Both the position numbers and the translations under genes were made by a program. A DNA stretch of 64,000 nucleotides, from contig CM114271.1 in assembly GCA_050084515.1 (NCBI GenBank), forward strand, positions 38,068,001-38,132,000. Reading direction: 5' to 3'. Source of the stretch: Blasia pusilla (taxonomy: Eukaryota). Below, piece by piece: positions 53,117-64,000 of the stretch. Each line of letters starts with the position of its first letter. The stretch's first letter is position 1. The notes under the pieces were generated by a model that saw only the letters and a list, made by a program, of their open reading frames with translations, did no database searches and had not been told where the DNA came from.

Positions 53117-54329
53117 AGGATGAAAGATTTTAGGAAAGATCTAGACAAAGTTGGCATAATTCATTTGGTGATCTATGGATTGTTATGTCAAGGTCGTTCA
53201 TTGGATGGTTAAGAACTTAGTTTGCAAGATACGAGGGAGAGCATGTTTTGAAGATGTTGCAAGTATTACGACACTTGCATTAAAATCAAACATATAATGT
53301 ATATTTTAGGGAACATGTTGTTGGGTAACAATTGTGCATAAGTTAGTATGAACTTATACCAAACAAGATCCTAATTAGGCTCAATAATATATTTAGACAA
53401 GATGAGTATTGGATTACACATACAAAGTCCATGATCATGGTGGACAAACCTCCTACCATCATAGGTGCTAAGGCAAGCTTATAATAGAGTTCAAAGAGCA
53501 TTGCACTCGAGAATGGATGTTATCTTAAATCTAGGGCGATAATCTTAGATTGTGACTCATGAGGATAGACTATTGTCATCTTTAGGCAATATGGTGGGGG
53601 AGTTGAGGGTAACACTATCCATATTGATGAGATTTTTGGAATCCCTTGCCTTTCCTTCAGGAGGTTCGTACATGATCTGAGATGAATAGGTACAAGGATT
53701 GGAGGAGCATACTTGTGATGAGCAAGAGTGAGCAATGGGTTTTATATCGGTTTAACCATAATATTGAGTGTTAGGGCCAAATCTCATGCACATAAGGAAT
53801 TGGTGACTATAGAGGTTCGCCCGTTTTTCTGCACCCAAATCTTTTGGGCGCAAAATGGCCCAATGACCTCCATCTATTTATGATTGGAGGTAGTTATTAG
53901 GGACCGGTACATTTTTTTGCATTATCCATTAGTAGATTACTTTGGACGCACAAATGGAGGTCGCGGGAACCTCTACTCGTGTCTATGGGATCGCGCTCTT
54001 AGAGTCATCATGGAGACAAGTGTTAGGTTAATTGATAAACTTGAACTATCTAACATAGATAGTCAATCTAGGATTTGCTAAGAAATAATGAATCTAAGCA
54101 ACATCCATTTTATCATGTCTACCTATTAGTCCATTTCATACAAAGATTGTTGAGGAATTTGTTGAGTTTTTTGTTTCTTTTTTTTTAATGGGGGGGAATT
54201 CAAGGAGATATATATGCTCATGAAAACCATGGACTATCCTTCAAGAAGAGTGTGTGAATTTGGATAGTGCAGAATATGGTCATTTTTCACATATAGAGCA
54301 TGATGTTATGATGTCTTCCATAAAGGTGA

Positions 54330-54770
54330 CTAGGCTTATTGAGTGGTAATCAGAGATTGTGCCTCCTTCTTTGAATGAGGTTATGATGGAGACTTGAGAG
54401 CATGTGGTAGGTATGAAGTTGAGAAGAGGAGAGAGATGAAAATAAAGATCTCCTCAAGAGTAGGTATAGCATATTGATGTGACCTCGTGTGTTGGTTGAA
54501 AGGACAATCATCTCCACATATCTTCCTAGCCTTTTGATTGCCATACATATCCTTCTTTACAAACATAGCTCTAATAGACTCATACTCTCTAAGTGATAAC
54601 TCTGCCAATCATGCCCCCACAAGCCTTGACTTCCATTTTTAATCAATGCTCTCTCCATGCCACAATATAAAAGTGTTATTCTAAAAAATAGCATATTACT
54701 AGCCAAATTTCTTCGTATACGAGGAACCTTTAAAGTGCCCAAATCCCTCATACTAGCCGTCTCAAGACTC
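54330..54770 (-). pseudogene. Older degenerate gypsy RT fragment of the same family
   Basis: MRDLGTLKVP, MERALI and EYESIRAMFVKKDMYGN...YAIPTLEEIF correspond to MEDLGTLKGP, MERALI and EYASATVMPTKKDVHGN...YAMPTPEEIF at ~58660-58965. Confidence 0.8.
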
Positions 54771-55035
54771 ATGCCATTGTTGTACGCATACACATTGCTA
54801 CACAATATACATCGTTGTCACCGAATACACACACAAACACGCACGATCCCATGCTAACTCATGACATCCAAACAACCAAAATATCTCCAATTAAATCAAG
54901 ATCCAATCTCTCACACACCACCATAGTTATCACATATGTGCACTCTCACATGTCTCTCTCAATGTCAAACCAAACCCACTCTCCTAATAAGAAGCTTGGG
55001 TTACACTCACAAGGCAAGGGACCATAACTCCGCCA

Positions 55036-55679
55036 TGTGGTGCGCATACACATCGCTACATAACATACATCGTTGTCACCGAACATACACACAAACACGC
55101 ACGATCCCATGCTAACTCATGGCATCCAAACAATGAGACAAGAAGTACTAAAATATCTCCAATTAAAGTAAGATCCAATCTCTCTCTACACCATCTCACA
55201 CCATAACTCTCAAAGGTGTGCACTCGCTCTCATGTCAAACCAAACCCACTCTCCTAATGAGAGGCTTGGATTACACTCACAAGGCAAGGGACCATAGCTC
55301 CGCCGCCTCATGCCAAGAGGTTCAACAAAGAAAGAATGAGCTCTTAAGCTCTCTCTCTCCTTGAGGTATACTCCTCCCCTCTCCCAAGCTCTCTCCATGG
55401 TAACATATTCTCCCAAGTCACATCCTTGGTTCTCGACCTGATGTAAGAGGTCAAGGGCCACTTACCAAAAATAGAAAGTCGATCATATACTCAAAATGGT
55501 ACTTATCTAAAATAGTAAGTTCATCAATATGGCTCCAAATGAGCCGAAACGAAGGGGAAACCTGCTCTCTCAGGTTTCCCAGGGCCTCAACAAGTCATCC
55601 TCGACCTATTGAGCGTGTCCTCCACTACTCACGAAGGCGTTCTACTAGATCTCACCGATCTATCTTAAAAGACGTGACA
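55036..55679 (-). repeat. Full LTR (644 bp, TG...CA) flanked by two partial LTR copies (54778-55035 and 55682-55808)
   Basis: Three copies of tgt(t/g/c)gt(a/g)cgcatacacat...atatctc(c/t)a start at 54778, 55036 and 55682. Confidence 0.8.
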
Positions 55680-55995
55680 ACTGTCGTGCGCATACACATC
55701 GCTACACAACATACATTACTGTCACCGAACACACACACAAACACGCATGATCCCATGCTAACTCATGACATCCAAACAACGAGACAAGAAGTACTAAAAT
55801 ATCTCTAATCGCCCCCCTAGCTAGTGGTTAGGTCCATCTAACTCCAAAAAGGCATCTTTCCCTACCTACCATCACATACATCTCTCAGACGCTAAGAGCA
55901 AGAAGGCCGGATGCTCATGTGGCCCCATCATTAGTCACCTTCCTATCATCCATGTCATAGAAAAAGTAGGAATCGAAACCTACCTAGTATCTCCT

Positions 55996-57260
55996 CTATG
56001 TATATCTGGGACATATCCATCGTCTCCGAGGAACCCTAGTAAGAGGTGATGTCAGACATGCCATATGCCAACCTCTCGAACATCCATCACAGACTAGCAT
56101 CGTGGCCGCACCACCGGCAGAACCACACAACATACAACGCAAGCATGTAGAAACTATTGCTAAGCTCGGATCTACTGTACCATCAATGTTAGAAAGATGA
56201 CATGGTGCACAATTGTGCACATGGTCCTTCCATACCATACCATCGTATCCCTCCAGCAAGAGAACACCAGATGACAAAACGTCACGCACTCTCAAGATAG
56301 TGCATCCTACAGTCACATCCAACGTCGTTAGTAGCGTCTGTTACAAGTAGACATAATCTCCCTGATGAAACCTCCTGATAGTTGGTCGATAACCACCACC
56401 CCGAATAGTTGCATACCTCAATGTACCCCGATGTTGTGCAATTGCCAAGTTCTTGAACGCCATGGGCATCACTCTCCGAAACAACTCAGCCCTCTAAGAA
56501 CATGCTCACATCCATACATCTGGGTCATCAAGGTTCAGTACCTCACCAACATCTCGACCAATGGCCGTAAGTAAATCTGGCTCTCGGCCATAAAGTAGCA
56601 AGTACGGTGAAAAAGACGTTAAGGATGTCTGCATGCTGAATCTGTATCCCATCGCCAAAAAGGGCAATTGGAGGTCCCAATCTCCTAGGTGACCTCTCTG
56701 CAAGCCATACTTGCGTAAATCCCTCTTCACCATATACACAACTCTCTTCGCTAATCCATCCGCCTCGGGATGATCTCGCGAAGTTGTGCGATGGTCGATC
56801 AGCGCCTGATCACACAAGGCCTCGAACTCACCACGAAACTCGTTACCCTGATATGTCAATACCTCAACCGGTGCGCCATAATGACGCAATACTCTGTCAA
56901 GGAAGGCATAAGCTACTCCCTCACTCGCTTTGTCAGGAAATGCAACCAACTCGATCCACTTCGAGAAGTGCTCGATCATCACCAACGCATAACGATTGAG
57001 ACGCTCCGTCAAAGGCAAAGATCCTACAAAATCCAAACTCCATCTATACCCTAAGCCCATGATTGGTAATGGATGCAACTGTGGTGTCGGAGCATTGAAC
57101 GATGCTCGGACCCGATCACACACCATGCACCTTGCAGCAAGCTGCTGAACGTCAGTCTGCATGCCTCGCCACCAATGATGAATTTGGAGCAAGCTGTACG
57201 TCCGCTTCACCCCAAATTGACCCAACTCCTTGTGGGCATGCTACACTAGTCGTGCTCTAT
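55996..57260 (-). pseudogene. Gypsy integrase with C-terminal PHD finger
   Basis: H..LGQFG...HWW.GM..DV...CMVC zinc-binding region; decayed DDE (WSLDF, VLTYQG, GLAKR); then CMLC..MLVCDGCSRGWHMACLTSPLTRVPRRRWICPRY (56136-55999). Confidence 0.9.
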
Positions 57261-57558
57261 GCAAAGGATGAGGCACTACGCGTATTCTGCCATCCTCCCA
57301 AACCCTCAAAACATGTGTCCCCTCCCAATGGAACCGTCTCGCCCGCTGTAGAATCCGATCCCCCTCTCTAGCACCCATTGTGCTCGTAATGTTGCCACTC
57401 CGAAGGTACTCCAAGACTACTCCATCATCATGAATATCTCGGCCATCCGTCGTCTCCTCACTGGCCTCGGGATCCAAGGACTCTCCACTAGACCGCGCCA
57501 TCAAAGTCTCCACACTCTGGCTCTCCATATCCAACATGCCTAAATAGGCTTACGCGTG

Positions 57559-58990
57559 TCATCCTGGCACTGACTCCTCATCACTCTCTCCATGCCATCG
57601 AGCTCTAGTTGCATCTCGCTGACTCAGGCATGGGTTACGACTCAACCCATCTGCATCCTGGTTGAGCGTCCCAGGTCTATGTACCACTTGAAAATCATAC
57701 TCCTGCAACAACAGAGCCCATCTCGCAAGCTTCCCTGTAAGCTTGTCAGACTCCATCAACCACTTCAGTGGTTGCTGATCAGTGATGATGGTAAAGGGGT
57801 TGCCGAATAAGTAACACCTGAAATACGTGACAGCCCACACTACAACCAAGCACTCACCCTCATACGAGCTATACTTCACCTCTATAGCGTTGTTTGAGCG
57901 GCTAGCGTTAGCCACCATGAACTCTCTACCCTCATCATCATGCTGGGTGAGCACCGCTCCAAGCCCCATCATGCTCCAATCTGTGTGCAACTGGAAAGGA
58001 CGCCCCCTGATCGGTCTCTTCAAGATGGGCGTGAACGTCAACCTGTCCTTGAGCAACTTAAATGCTTGCTCCTGCTCATCCCCCCAGTGCCACTCGTGGT
58101 CCACCTTGGTCAGCAAGGTCAACGGCTTTGCAATCAAACTGAATCCCTTGACGTACCACCGATAGAAGTTTGCCAATCCCATGAATGCGCGAACATGACT
58201 CACATCTGTAGGGCGGGAATGCGTGAGATAGCCTCAACCTTTGTCTGCTAAACACCATTGCCCCCTGGTATATCGTTTGATCTAAATACTCAATCTGGTC
58301 GTAGAAGAACTTGCACTTGCCTGGATATAACTTCAGCGCATGTAATTGCAATCACAAAACACCTCCTCTAAATGTCGCTCATGCTCCTAAACCGTGGCAC
58401 TAAAGACTACGATGTCATCAATATAATACCTAGCAAAATCCAAACCAGCCAAGATCCTATCCATGACCCTCTAAAACTCAAACGGGGCGTTCTTTAACCC
58501 AAATGGTAAGAGCCGCCATTGGTACAAACAATCCTTCCCGTGAGGATTGATGCCCCAAAATTCCGTCTTCTGCATGTCCTCCAATCTGATAGGGAGCTGA
58601 TGGTATCCGGCTCGCAAATCCAATGAATTGAAAACCTTTGCATAACCAATCGTATCAAAGATCTCCTCAGGGGTGGGCATGGCATACCTATCGGATTTTG
58701 TCTGCCGATTGATAGGTCGGTAATCCCTACACATCCGCCTATCCGTCCAGTTGCCATGCACATCCTTCTTGGTGGGCATGACAGTGGCAGATGCATACTC
58801 CCCATGCGAGATCTCCACTAGTATTGCTCCAACCAAGTTCTGGATCCTACTCTGAATCAGAGCCCTCTCCATATCACTGTACGTGTAGGGTTTTCAGAAG
58901 ATCGGTGTATCACTCGACAACTCAATGCAGACCCCGGTCCCTTCAGCGTACCCAAATCCTCCATGCTAAACGCAAAGCAACTCCTATAAC
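57559..58990 (-). pseudogene. Gypsy reverse transcriptase and RNase H
   Basis: ORFs 58471-58872, 58076-58351 and 57559-58203 carry the canonical motifs, with stops and frameshifts. Confidence 0.93.
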
Positions 58991-59413
58991 TCATGAGGAA
59001 CTGATATATTCGGCGCCGCTCTCCTCTTGTCAACTTAAGGCCCATATCTGGCTCCCAAGTCTCCATCGTGACTACTATAGGACTCTCCGACGCGGATATT
59101 GGTGGTTGCTATGGTGCAACCTTGTCTCAAAAAACAACATTTGACCGCTCTCCTGCAGCCAACTACAAACTCTGATCTCCTCCACATGCAGTGCCCGGAA
59201 CCACGCTCGATGCTGTGGCTATCATCACCTGGCATACCTGCAAAACATCCCAAGAAGTCCAAGGGTGTCTCTCTCGATCTCCCTGGTGTGTCGATCTCCT
59301 CGGGTCTTGCCCCCAACCACTACCTCCACCATCTCGGTAGGCATGGAGCTCACCAACGCAACCGATGTGATCTGTGGCGATCTCATCCGACCTTGCTCAG
59401 CCACTCCCAAGCT

Positions 59414-60356
59414 GAAGATCCATATCAAATAGTTCAGGTCCATCGCCTGACCCAAGAGATGGCATCGTGATGCCTCTGATACTGACGGGACTGCCGTCAC
59501 TCCTGGGGGAAATCCCATCGCCCACTCTTTCTCGTTGGCGTTGGGCTCCACCAACCTCTGAACCTGGTCATCCCAAACCAAGCCAGGACCGGCCACCTTG
59601 TATGCATAAGAAGCGGGAAAACTCACAAACGTGGGAAAGGTTTCCCGCCGCCTGCCTACCCTGTTGACCACAGTCAACGGTGGTCGATCATCGTGCCTCA
59701 CTACATGTGGTCGACGACCAGGATCCAGAATGGAATCCACTAACAAATGGGAGGGGCGCTCCACTCTCGCATTCGCCCTCCGTAAGACTACCTGGGGCAC
59801 CAAGTTGGTCCACCATAGACGCGGCGATGGGCTCTAGAACCTACACTCGCCGCATCCAAGAACATTGCTGGGCTGATCCAGGCACGCACCTGATGAGCAC
59901 TTGTCACCACCCGTGACCTAGAGTCTCCTAAGATGGGCACATTCTCCAGAATGTAGGCTGGAGAACGAGATTAGTGCTCCTGCAACTGCCGTAAGACCCT
60001 CAACATCTCCCAAAACAACCTAAATCGAGTATCAGCCAACCCGCTGCCTCATCCAACACTCCATTGGCCCTGACATGGCCAACCAGAAATGACCAAATCA
60101 ATGGTCCCTACGTGCTCTAAGTCCTGCGCCCCCGACAACGAAATATATCCCTCGGTAGGGAACTCTGGTATCCCTGTACCGCGGACGCAGACAATAAGTC
60201 GGGAAAACGTAGGCGTAATTGCGCCATATGTCGTAGTGAGATGCGCCTCGCAACATCATCACTCTCCATATATAGGTACTGTTGTACTCACACTCTTACC
60301 TGCAAAACAACAACTAACCCATTGCTAATCCCTCCAAAGAGATCTAACACTTGAAT
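59414..60356 (-). pseudogene. C5-cytosine DNA methyltransferase domain (DNMT3/DRM-like) embedded in gypsy pol
   Basis: Manual translation: motif I IQVLDLFGGISNG (60356-60318); II YLYMESDDVAR; IV IDLVISGWPCQG..GLADTRFRLF (60102-60067 onward); VI YILENV (59955-59938); VIII LDAASVGSRAHR(P)RLWWTNL (~59860-59801); IX EKEWAMGFPPGVT; X RCHLLGQAMDLNYLIWIF. Three stops and two frameshifts. Confidence 0.92.
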
Positions 60357-60554
60357 ACCCTCCTCCGGGGTACACCACACAAAAGGTGTGGTATCCAAGA
60401 TTATCATCGTAGCACTCCCTGCTACCTCAGGTTCCTTAGACCCGTCATGCTACGGTGCAAACGCCTCACTCCACACGGTTTGCACGTGCTCATCTACCAA
60501 TTGTCGAAGCTCCTCAGTTGAGCCCCACAGCGGCACCTCTCCTCCACGGAATGA

Positions 60555-61295
60555 TTAGGCTATCATAACACTCCTCTCCATAGAAATGTTAGGAACGGGA
60601 GTATCCTCTGCATGGACATGTCCCTCAATCAAATCACTAGGCCAAGTGATGGCACTGCTAAATGCTGCTAAGGTCGCCATCTCTCTTGGCCGTTGCTCGA
60701 TCACTGAACATGTGAATTGAACGGGTAATGAGCTAAGGCGCCCATCACTTGACTGCCATCCTCGTCTGTAGGACGCCGACTCTTCCCAGTAATCCAGGAA
60801 AAACCCCATCGGGTATAACACTGCTCCACCAACCAAGACGTCGTAGGACTCTGCATTAGTCACTATCGCCTTCGCTCACACCATGGACTCATCTGTAGGA
60901 TGTCCCGGGCGAATCCTCACCACGACCTCCTGTCGGGTAATATACTATGTGGTACTCGCTCCACCCAAGGATTTCTGTATCCGGAATAGACAATGCTCCA
61001 CATCGGCTCTCGTCAAGCCCAATCCTTTGAATGACGCTTTCCCCAACATCAGGGATTGGGCTCCTGAATCCAACAAGACGCGTTGCGGACTAAAAGCTCT
61101 ACCTCCGGGACTCACCAAGTGGAAGACCTCTCCTCGGTTATCTAGCAACACAATACCAGGAGAAGCCATGGCACGCTCTATCGCGGGTCTAGCGGGCATC
61201 TCCGCCATCCTAGCAGCCGCAGCCTCCCATGAATCTGACATGGACGGCCCGAGCATCCGCTCCAAGGGCAGTTCCATCACCTCCTCTGCAATCAC
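60555..61295 (-). pseudogene. Gypsy aspartic protease region
   Basis: FSPQRVLLDSGAQSLMLG followed by YDVLVGGAVL. Confidence 0.8.
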
Positions 61296-61639
61296 CTCTC
61301 AACGTGATGTAAGAACTCCAACTCCACACTCACATAGCGTAGCAGCCAACTGAAAAGCCTTGGCGGGCGTACCCCCCAACGTCATATCATCGGAAGCAAA
61401 AAATAGAAGAGCGCGGTACACAATGGTGGCCTCCCCCAACAACGTGCTCGACACATGCCCCTCTTAAGCATCAACAATAGGAGTCGTCGCACTCGCTTCT
61501 CCCATCACCCTCCGTGCGTGCACACCAACAACGTCACCAACTCTCCAGGAACTCTGATCAGGACCCATCGATGGGGTCCTCATCGCCTCAGACAACGTGA
61601 AAGACTGGGGAAGCCTAGTCTGTTTCCTGCTTCCCCTCA

Positions 61640-63150
61640 CTATGGATCCAACTCTGTGGCTGCTCCACGCGTCACAACTATGGCGGCCTCCATCTGGGCA
61701 ACCCCGCACATCCAACCAAGATCCTCCATATCTCTGGCTGCTCCATATGATATCGATGCCACGGATTCGGCATCGGGTAATCTCAATGCCATAGAGGCAA
61801 TCTGCTTCTGTAGTTGATGTATTCGAGCACCCATTCTAGCCTTACGCCTGGTATCTCCCTCGATGCGTCTAGGTGGTAGGACTCTACCTCCTCCACGGGC
61901 AGCTCCACCACCCTCTCGGGCAACTCCAGCTCCTCGTCCCCCAACGGGACCACCTGGTGCAAGATCTCTAGGCCCACCCGGACCGACTACTCGCTCTGGT
62001 GCCCTCTCTGGCCCTCGGTCCGAACGTAACTCAGGATGTAAACTGAAACACCTGGCGCGTGTATGACCATACCTCTGACAATAGTCACACTGATAACCTC
62101 CTGGTGCAGCACCATCTCCTCGTCCATGCTGAGGCACATGTCCATGACCCTAACGAGTGCAATCGCGCTGATGATGGGCTCCACCACATGACCAACAAGT
62201 AATAGTAGGCGGTTGCTGTTGAGCCGCATATGAAGGCGAAGGTCTCTGTGGCACTGCCTCTCGGTATCCTCCCTGAGCTCGTGGGGCCACAATCGACCTA
62301 TCTCGAAGTCCATGTTGCTGCACAGATAGTGCAGACAATCGTGACTCCTCTCGCCCAGAACCCATGGTGGCTATGCTCTCCTCCGCCATGTTGCACTCAA
62401 TGTTCTCGGCGGTCCTGAAAACATCTCTCAACGTAGGGGAGGTGTTCAAAAGAAGTACCCCCTCCCGCACCCGTGTCCGCAGGGTCCGGTCCAGCATCGC
62501 GTACCATGACTGGATAGCTTGAGCCTCTGTCACCCCCTAGTGACGTTGATCAATCGGCGCAAGCGAGTGTAAGCCTCAAGCAAACTCTCACCCGGGCGCC
62601 TCTGGAAGTCGTGGATGCTCCGCAACTTCTCCGTTCGTACCCCTTGGTGGCTCGCCCTCAACTCAGCAAAGAACTCAACCACGGGGTTGAACCTGGGATG
62701 AACCCGACTAGACGGTGCAACTGCTCCAGTGCGAGTGACCCGTCCTAAAATATCACTAGTGGAAGAGGAAGTAGCCTCTCTTGACTCCTCCTCTTCATTT
62801 GGGAATGGCTCCGTCCATGACACATAGTGTGGGTCGTAGTAGATTCGCCATGCCTCAATCTCCAGGGCATATCTGTGGGAGAACTCATGGTAATTGTCCA
62901 TGGGTGCCCCCTCTAAATGCTGGAACATACCATTCCATGGTGTAAACGAGTTGAACTCTCTAGAGTTCGTGGCATGCTATGAGTCGCACCAACTCCTAAA
63001 CTCTGCTATGAAATCGTGCCTTCTGCACCTGAAAACCTACGCGGTCTTCTACCCGATCGTCCATCTTGTACACCCAACTGGTAGGACCTCTCACAATGTG
63101 TGGAGATGTGCTCACAAACTCCTCTACATGCTCCCCCTCGTCTGAAGACG
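61640..63150 (-). pseudogene. Gypsy gag with two CCHC zinc knuckles
   Basis: FQRRPGESLLEAYTRLRRL (major-homology-like), CWSCGGAHHQRDC, CDYCQRYGHTRARC and an RG-rich tail. Confidence 0.8.
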
Positions 63151-64000
63151 ACACAAAAGGAGATCGAGGTGGTCTCTCACGTGGAGACCCTCGAAACCTC
63201 GCACCACTCCGGGTAAATCCTCAAGAGCTACTCTTAGGTCCATTACTTTGCCTCTCAAAATCCTAAAAGGACGTCGTGATCGCCCTTGTGCCCCTCTCAC
63301 ACAATCACTCTCAACCTCACGAGTAATCCCTCGATCACTCATCCCAAACATACGGCATTCGATCTACACTCTCCATCCTTGAGATGTGGAACGTGCGGCA
63401 ACAAGCGGCGCGGTGCGGCACATTGACCAGGCTATCATCTCATCGACAAACTACCCTCAACTCCGGACATCCCACACAGGTCTATGTCCCCTAAACCACA
63501 TACATAAATGACGATCTCAGCATCCACACACCCAATATCCCCAAATAAACTACCCAAATCCCAGAATCCCTCACACGTGCAGGGTAAAGGATCAGAATGG
63601 GTAACCTAAACACATGTCGATATCGCTCCTCAAAAACTGCAAATCTCGACCCCAACTCGGTCGTGGAGACAACTCCTCCAATCAGCAAGTCATACTCCTC
63701 TCGTACTGACGCTGCTTAAAACTCTTTGATGGACAGTGCGATTCCAGCAGAACGGTGCGGCGTTGCAGGCGGCACAGAACGGTTACGAACGGCACGACCC
63801 TCGATGATGGGATGCAACACTCGTCGGCATACCCTCCTCAATCAACAATAAACCCACACTCTGCTCCACAATGACGATGCGGCTCCACGATCGAGACAGT
63901 GCGGTGCGGCCACGAGCGGCATGACGCGGCAATCGGCGGAGCGTTGTGGCTACGGGCGGCACGGCATGGTACTCGATCGTCGTCGAGCGGCTACCAATCA

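Larger units (their letters stand above)
54778..64000 (-). mobile_element. Ty3/gypsy LTR retrotransposon: GAG-PR-[C5 DNA methyltransferase]-RT-RH-INT-PHD, degenerate; 5' LTR beyond the window
   Basis: Gag with two knuckles (CWSCGGAHHQRDC, CDYCQRYGHTRARC); PR VLLDSGAQ...YDVLVG; RT LDLRAGYHQ, LPFGLKNAP, YIDD (~58414-58425); RH LHTDWS...GECL...TDQQPL; INT WSLDF; PHD; PPT GGGGGGCGA (~55809-55817) followed by LTR sequence. Confidence 0.95.

Noticed and set aside
59414-60356. Host DRM/DNMT3 gene or bacterial restriction-modification methylase
   Set aside because: No introns, UBA/PWWP domains or partner nuclease were seen. It is colinear, on the same strand and similarly decayed with the flanking gypsy PR and RT.

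Overview
Eukaryotic nuclear DNA, most likely from a non-flowering land plant (inferred from the intron-rich plant-type aconitase, a MASE1-type histidine kinase and the TE families present). There are two intact host genes, both on the - strand: a 6-exon hybrid sensor histidine kinase with a MASE1-like membrane sensor (CDS ~9241-3658) and a 20-exon aconitase with an N-terminal transit peptide (46495-38747). Each has a GC/CpG-rich upstream island. The rest is decayed transposon DNA: an RLE-type (CRE-like) non-LTR retrotransposon split by a nested Ty1/copia, several tiny 3'-end retrocopies (two with target-site duplications), Helitron-like ends, solo and partial LTRs, and a large Ty3/gypsy element at ~54.8-64 kb. 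The main finding is in that gypsy. Between protease and RT it carries a C5-cytosine DNA methyltransferase domain of DNMT3/DRM type, with motifs I, II, IV, VI, VIII, IX and X readable across stops and frameshifts; the ORF track shows only the C-terminal part. It also has a PHD finger fused to the integrase C-terminus. This is a retrotransposon with its own chromatin writer and reader. All calls come from manual reading; no searches were run.
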